A DNA stretch of 8,400 bases, taken from the IMG/VR virus record IMGVR_UViG_2617270946_000019. One strand, 5' to 3'. The position numbers and the translations under genes were made by a program. This document shows positions 4,508 to 8,400 of this stretch, piece after piece. Each line of letters begins with the position of its first letter. Within the stretch, counting starts at the first letter, position 1. The stretch is from a virus (Duplodnaviria > Heunggongvirae > Uroviricota > Caudoviricetes). The notes under the pieces were generated by a model. The model did no database searches. It was given only the letters and a program-made list of their open reading frames with translations, and was not told the origin of the DNA.

Positions 4508-6979
4508 ATGAGTAAAGTCTTTATTTGCGCCGCCATTCCGGACGAACAGGCAATAAAGGAAGAAGGTGCCGTCGCTGTAGCCACTGCCATTGAAGCCGGT
4601 GATGAACGTCGCGCCCGCGCAAAATTTCACTGGCAATTCCTGGAACATTATCCGGCTGCTCAGGACTGCGCTTATAAATTTCTTGTCTGCGAGGATAAAC
4701 CCGGTATACCCCGCCCTGCCCTAGATTCCTGGGATGCTGAATATATGCAGGAAAACCGCTGGGATGAGGAGTCTGCTTCCTTTGTCCCGGTTGAGACTGA
4801 ATCAGATCCGATGAACGTCACTTTTGACAAGCTGGCCCCTGAAGTACAGAACGCTGTCATGGTTAAGTTCGACACATGTGAAAACATCACCGTTGATATG
4901 GTGATTAGCGCGCAGGAACTGTTGCAGGAAGACATGGCAACATTCGACGGACATATCGTTGAAGCGTTGATGAAAATGCCAGAAGTTAACACCATGTATC
5001 CGGAGCTTAAGCTGCATGCCATCGGGTGGGTTAAGCATAAATGTAAGCCTGGTGCCAAATGGCCCGAAATTCAGGCAGAGATGCGCATCTGGAAAAAACG
5101 TCGCGAAGGTGAACGCAAGGAAGCCGGAAAATACACGTCTGTTGTTGATCTCGCCCGCGCCAGAGCCAATCAACAGCACAGTGAAAATTCAACAGGAAAA
5201 ATCAGCCCGGTCATTGCTGCCATTCATCGCGAATACAAGCAGACATGGAAAACACTGGATGACGAACTGGCCTACGCTCTCTGGCCTGGTGATGTGGATG
5301 CCGGAAACATTGACGGCAGCATCCATCGCTGGGCAAAAAATGAAGTTATCGACAACGACCGCGAAGACTGGAAGCGTATCTCGGCATCAATGCGCAAACA
5401 GCCTGATGCCCTTCGCTACGACCGCCAGACTATTTTTGGCCTTGTCCGTGAACGTCCGATCGACATTCACAAAGACCCTGTGGCACTGAACAAATACATT
5501 ACTGAATACCTGACTACAAAGGGCGTGTTTGAAGATGAAGGAAGAAATCAGAGCGCAACTGATACTCTCTCGTCGCCAGTACCAGAAACTGATGCAGTGG
5601 AAACGGCAATTCCGGGCAACGAAAAAACCGAATGCAAAGTGGAAGTCGAACCATCTGTAGAGCGTGAGGGGCCGTTCTACTTCCTCTTCACCGACAAGGA
5701 TGGCGAAAAATACGGTCGCGCAAACAAACTTTCTGGTCTGGAAAAAGCACTAGCCTTGGGAGCTACGGAAATCACAAAAGAGGAATACTTCGCACGTAAA
5801 AACGGCACGTACTCAGGTTCACAACAAAATACTGGTGCATCTGACACGACCGCACAACCAGAGCCGGTAAAAGTTACCGCTGACGAAGTAAACAAAATTA
5901 TGCAGGCAGCCAATATCAGCCAGCCTGACGCCGATAAGTTGCTTGCTGCCTCTCGCGGAGAATTTGTTGCAGGGATTAGCGACCCGAATGATCCGAAATG
6001 GGTAAAGGGGATTGAAACCCGCGATTCTGTAAACCAGAACCAGCAAGAATCGGAACAGAACGACCAGAAAGCGGAACAAAACAGCCCAAATACGCAACAA
6101 AACGAGCCAGAAACGAAACAACCTGAGCCAGTAGCGCAACAGGAACCGGAAAAAGTCTGCACCGCCTGCGGTCAAAGCGGTGGCGGCAACTGCCCTGATT
6201 GTGGCGCGGTGATGGGTGACGCAACATACCAGGAAACATTCGATGAAGAGAATCAGGTTGAAGTTCAGGAAAATGATCCGAAGGAAATGGAAGGCGCTGA
6301 ACATCCACACAAGGAGAATGCTGGTAGCGCTCAGGATCACGCCAGCGATAGTGAAACTGGCGAGACGGCAGATCCCTTAATTGCGATGAACGGTCATCAC
6401 GTTATCACATCCACCAGCAGGACGTGTGACCATCTAATGATCGACCTTGAAACCATGGGAAAAAATCCTGATGCCCCGATTATCTCAATAGGTGCAATAT
6501 TTTTCGATCCGCAAACCGGAGATATGGGACCGGAATTTAGTAAGACTATCGATCTGGAAACTGCTGGCGGAGTCATTGATCGTGACGTCATTAAAAGGTG
6601 GCTGAAGCAATCACGTGAAGCGCAGTCTGCCATTATGACCGATGAAATCCCGTTAGATGATGCACTGTTACAATTGCGGGAATTTATCGACGAAAACTCC
6701 GGTGAATTTTTTGTTCAGGTCTGGGGAAATGGAGCCAACTTCGACAACACGATTTTGCGCCGTTCATACGAACGGCAGGGGATCCCCTGCCCGTGGCGTT
6801 ACTACAACGATCGCGATGTACGCACAATCGTTGAGCTGGGGAAAGCCATAGACTTCGATGCCAGAACGGCTATTCCATTCGAAGGTGAGCGCCATAATGC
6901 ACTTGATGACGCCCGTTACCAGGCAAAATACATTTCAGTTATCTGGCAAAAACTGATCCCGAATCAGGCTGATTTTTAA
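4508..6979 (+). CDS. Large prophage protein with zinc ribbon and C-terminal DEDDh (DnaQ-like) 3'-5' exonuclease domain; exodeoxyribonuclease VIII-like placement
   Basis: 823 aa. C-terminal domain carries motif I IDLETMG (D 6443-6445, E 6449-6451), motif II WGNGANFD (D 6743-6745) and motif III HNALDDA (H 6893-6895). CxxC-N7-CxxC zinc ribbon at 6158-6202, preceded by a Q/E/N/P-rich low-complexity linker (about 6035-6155). N-terminal about 370 aa has no motif I recognise. RBS GAGG upstream of ATG 4508. Confidence 0.8.
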   Translation: MSKVFICAAIPDEQAIKEEGAVAVATAIEAGDERRARAKFHWQFLEHYPAAQDCAYKFLVCEDKPGIPRPALDSWDAEYMQENRWDEESASFVPVETESDPMNVTFDKLAPEVQNAVMVKFDTCENITVDMVISAQELLQEDMATFDGHIVEALMKMPEVNTMYPELKLHAIGWVKHKCKPGAKWPEIQAEMRIWKKRREGERKEAGKYTSVVDLARARANQQHSENSTGKISPVIAAIHREYKQTWKTLDDELAYALWPGDVDAGNIDGSIHRWAKNEVIDNDREDWKRISASMRKQPDALRYDRQTIFGLVRERPIDIHKDPVALNKYITEYLTTKGVFEDEGRNQSATDTLSSPVPETDAVETAIPGNEKTECKVEVEPSVEREGPFYFLFTDKDGEKYGRANKLSGLEKALALGATEITKEEYFARKNGTYSGSQQNTGASDTTAQPEPVKVTADEVNKIMQAANISQPDADKLLAASRGEFVAGISDPNDPKWVKGIETRDSVNQNQQESEQNDQKAEQNSPNTQQNEPETKQPEPVAQQEPEKVCTACGQSGGGNCPDCGAVMGDATYQETFDEENQVEVQENDPKEMEGAEHPHKENAGSAQDHASDSETGETADPLIAMNGHHVITSTSRTCDHLMIDLETMGKNPDAPIISIGAIFFDPQTGDMGPEFSKTIDLETAGGVIDRDVIKRWLKQSREAQSAIMTDEIPLDDALLQLREFIDENSGEFFVQVWGNGANFDNTILRRSYERQGIPCPWRYYNDRDVRTIVELGKAIDFDARTAIPFEGERHNALDDARYQAKYISVIWQKLIPNQADF

Positions 6980-7043
6980 TGTTCAACCCCGGTCGTTGCC
7001 CACCAGCTATAGTGGCGGCGACCATGATTAGCGAACGACGCTC

Positions 7044-7292
7044 ATGGCAAGACTTATTCTGCTCACTGAGTGGGCAAAAGAGGAATTCAGTGAACCGGTC
7101 CCTACTCCGAGTACGTTAAGTAAATACGCTAAAGCCGGAATGATATTTCCTCTCCCCAAAAAAGTTGGAAGACGCTGGCGAGTGGATCCGCAAGCTCGCT
7201 TTGTCGGAATGGTAAACAAGCCGGAGGTGATCGCCACAGATCACCCTGCTTTGAAGAGGATACTGGAAGATGGCGCGCCCGCGAAAATATAA
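7044..7292 (+). CDS. xis: Excisionase (lambda Xis-like)
   Basis: 82 aa; pattern LTEWAK...MIFPLPKKVGRRWRV resembles lambda Xis (LTLQEW...RIFPPPVK). Overlaps the integrase start by 23 nt, as is typical for xis-int. Confidence 0.8.
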   Translation: MARLILLTEWAKEEFSEPVPTPSTLSKYAKAGMIFPLPKKVGRRWRVDPQARFVGMVNKPEVIATDHPALKRILEDGAPAKI

Positions 7293-8400
7293 AACCGATG
7301 TTCCGGGATTATCTCCGTATTTTGACAAAAGAAATAACAAAGTTTACTGGCGTTACAGGCATCCCATAACAGGCAAAAATCACGGTCTCGGCAGTATTGA
7401 CCAGAAACTGGCAGAAACTATTGCAGCAGAAGCGAACAGCCGTCTTGCCCGGCAGCAAATGGAACAAATGCTCAGTCTGCAGGAGAAAATTATTAGTGAT
7501 ACCGGCGGTTCATCAACCGTTACCATTTTTCTGAATAATTACAGAAAAATTCAACAGGAAAGATATGAAAACGGCGAGATCAAACTCAACACGCTGAAAC
7601 AGAAAGCGGCCCCTCTCAGGGTATTTGATGAACGTTTTGGCACCAGACCGTTAGATGCCATAACCGTAAAAGATGTGGTATCAGTACTGGAAGAGTACAA
7701 GGCCAGAGGACATAACAGAATGGGACAAATTTTCAGGAAAGTACTGATCGATGTTTTCCGGGAAGCTCAGCAAACGGGCGATGTCCCGCCAGGCTTTAAC
7801 CCTGCAGAATCGGCAAAAAAACCGCAGGTGCGGATATCAAGACAGCGACTGACTTTTGATGAGTGGATGATGATTTATAACGCAGCGGAAAAGGATGGTT
7901 ACTTTTTACAGCGCGGTATGCTGCTGGCACTGATGACAGGCCAGCGCCTTTCAGATATTTGCAAAATGCAATTTTCGGATATCCGGGATGGTTATCTTCA
8001 TGTCGAACAGCAAAAAACAGGAACCCGGATTGCCATCCCTCTGGCTCTGCGTTGCGATAAATTAAATCTCACCCTGGATGATGTGGTGTCATCCTGCCGC
8101 GATTGCGTTCTTAGTCCGTGGCTATTGCACCACCATCACGCGAAAGGGACAGCTAAGCGCGGCGGGATGGTTAAGCCAGCAACATTAACCGTTGCATTTA
8201 AAAAAGCCCGGGATTCTGTGGATTACAACTGGCGTGCTAATGGCACCCCTCCCTCTTTCCATGAGCAGAGATCTTTATCAGAGCGATTGTTCAGAGAGCA
8301 GGGGGTTGATACCAAAATTTTGCTAGGCCATTCGAATCAAAAAATGACCGATATTTACAACGACGCACGCGGTAAGGAATGGAAAAAACTGGTCATTTGA
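7270..8400 (+). CDS. int: Tyrosine integrase, lambda Int family
   Basis: 376 aa; conserved R (LMTGQRLSD), H-x-x-R (HEQRSLSERLF), LLGHS...MTDIY (catalytic Tyr) and a C-terminal RGKEWKK tail similar to lambda Int (RGREWDK). Stop TGA at 8398-8400 coincides with the window end. Confidence 0.92.
   Translation: MARPRKYKTDVPGLSPYFDKRNNKVYWRYRHPITGKNHGLGSIDQKLAETIAAEANSRLARQQMEQMLSLQEKIISDTGGSSTVTIFLNNYRKIQQERYENGEIKLNTLKQKAAPLRVFDERFGTRPLDAITVKDVVSVLEEYKARGHNRMGQIFRKVLIDVFREAQQTGDVPPGFNPAESAKKPQVRISRQRLTFDEWMMIYNAAEKDGYFLQRGMLLALMTGQRLSDICKMQFSDIRDGYLHVEQQKTGTRIAIPLALRCDKLNLTLDDVVSSCRDCVLSPWLLHHHHAKGTAKRGGMVKPATLTVAFKKARDSVDYNWRANGTPPSFHEQRSLSERLFREQGVDTKILLGHSNQKMTDIYNDARGKEWKKLVI

Noticed and set aside
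4672-6633. Long antisense ORFs (up to 173 aa) opposite the 823-aa gene, and the plus-strand 5016..5489 alternate frame
   Set aside because: They arise from the biased codon composition (GAA/CAA/AAC-rich) of the sense gene. Their translations are Phe/Leu/Cys/Ser-rich with no domain features. The 823-aa frame with its DEDDh motifs is clearly the real one.
1-8400. CRISPR arrays, tRNA or rRNA genes
   Set aside because: No short direct repeats with regular spacing and no cloverleaf-compatible or rRNA-like segments were seen.

Overview
This window reads as the left arm of an E. coli-type lambdoid prophage with Qin/CP-933P-like architecture, entered through an IS66-family insertion. All family assignments come from reading the ORF translations and recalling reference sequences; no database search was run. 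In order: the 3' part of an IS66-family transposase (cut by the window start) with its terminal repeat ending at 1260, which interrupts a ydaT-like gene; a Cro/YdaS-like gene on the minus strand; an operator palindrome; a CI/DicA/PaaR-like repressor cotranscribed with a PaaA-like antitoxin and a ParE-family toxin; a terminator and a second near-identical operator palindrome overlapping a consensus -35; a ydfA-like small gene and a 124-aa hypothetical; about 500 bp of structured non-coding sequence containing a DicF-like sRNA; coupled dicB-like and ydfD-like small genes; an 823-aa protein with a zinc ribbon and a C-terminal DEDDh 3'-5' exonuclease domain; and overlapping excisionase and lambda-family integrase genes ending at the window edge. 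I see no clearly undescribed system. The points most worth follow-up are the repressor-linked ParE module with paired operators, the shortened DicF variant with a long-range duplex before dicB, and the large exonuclease-domain protein that has no recombinase partner.
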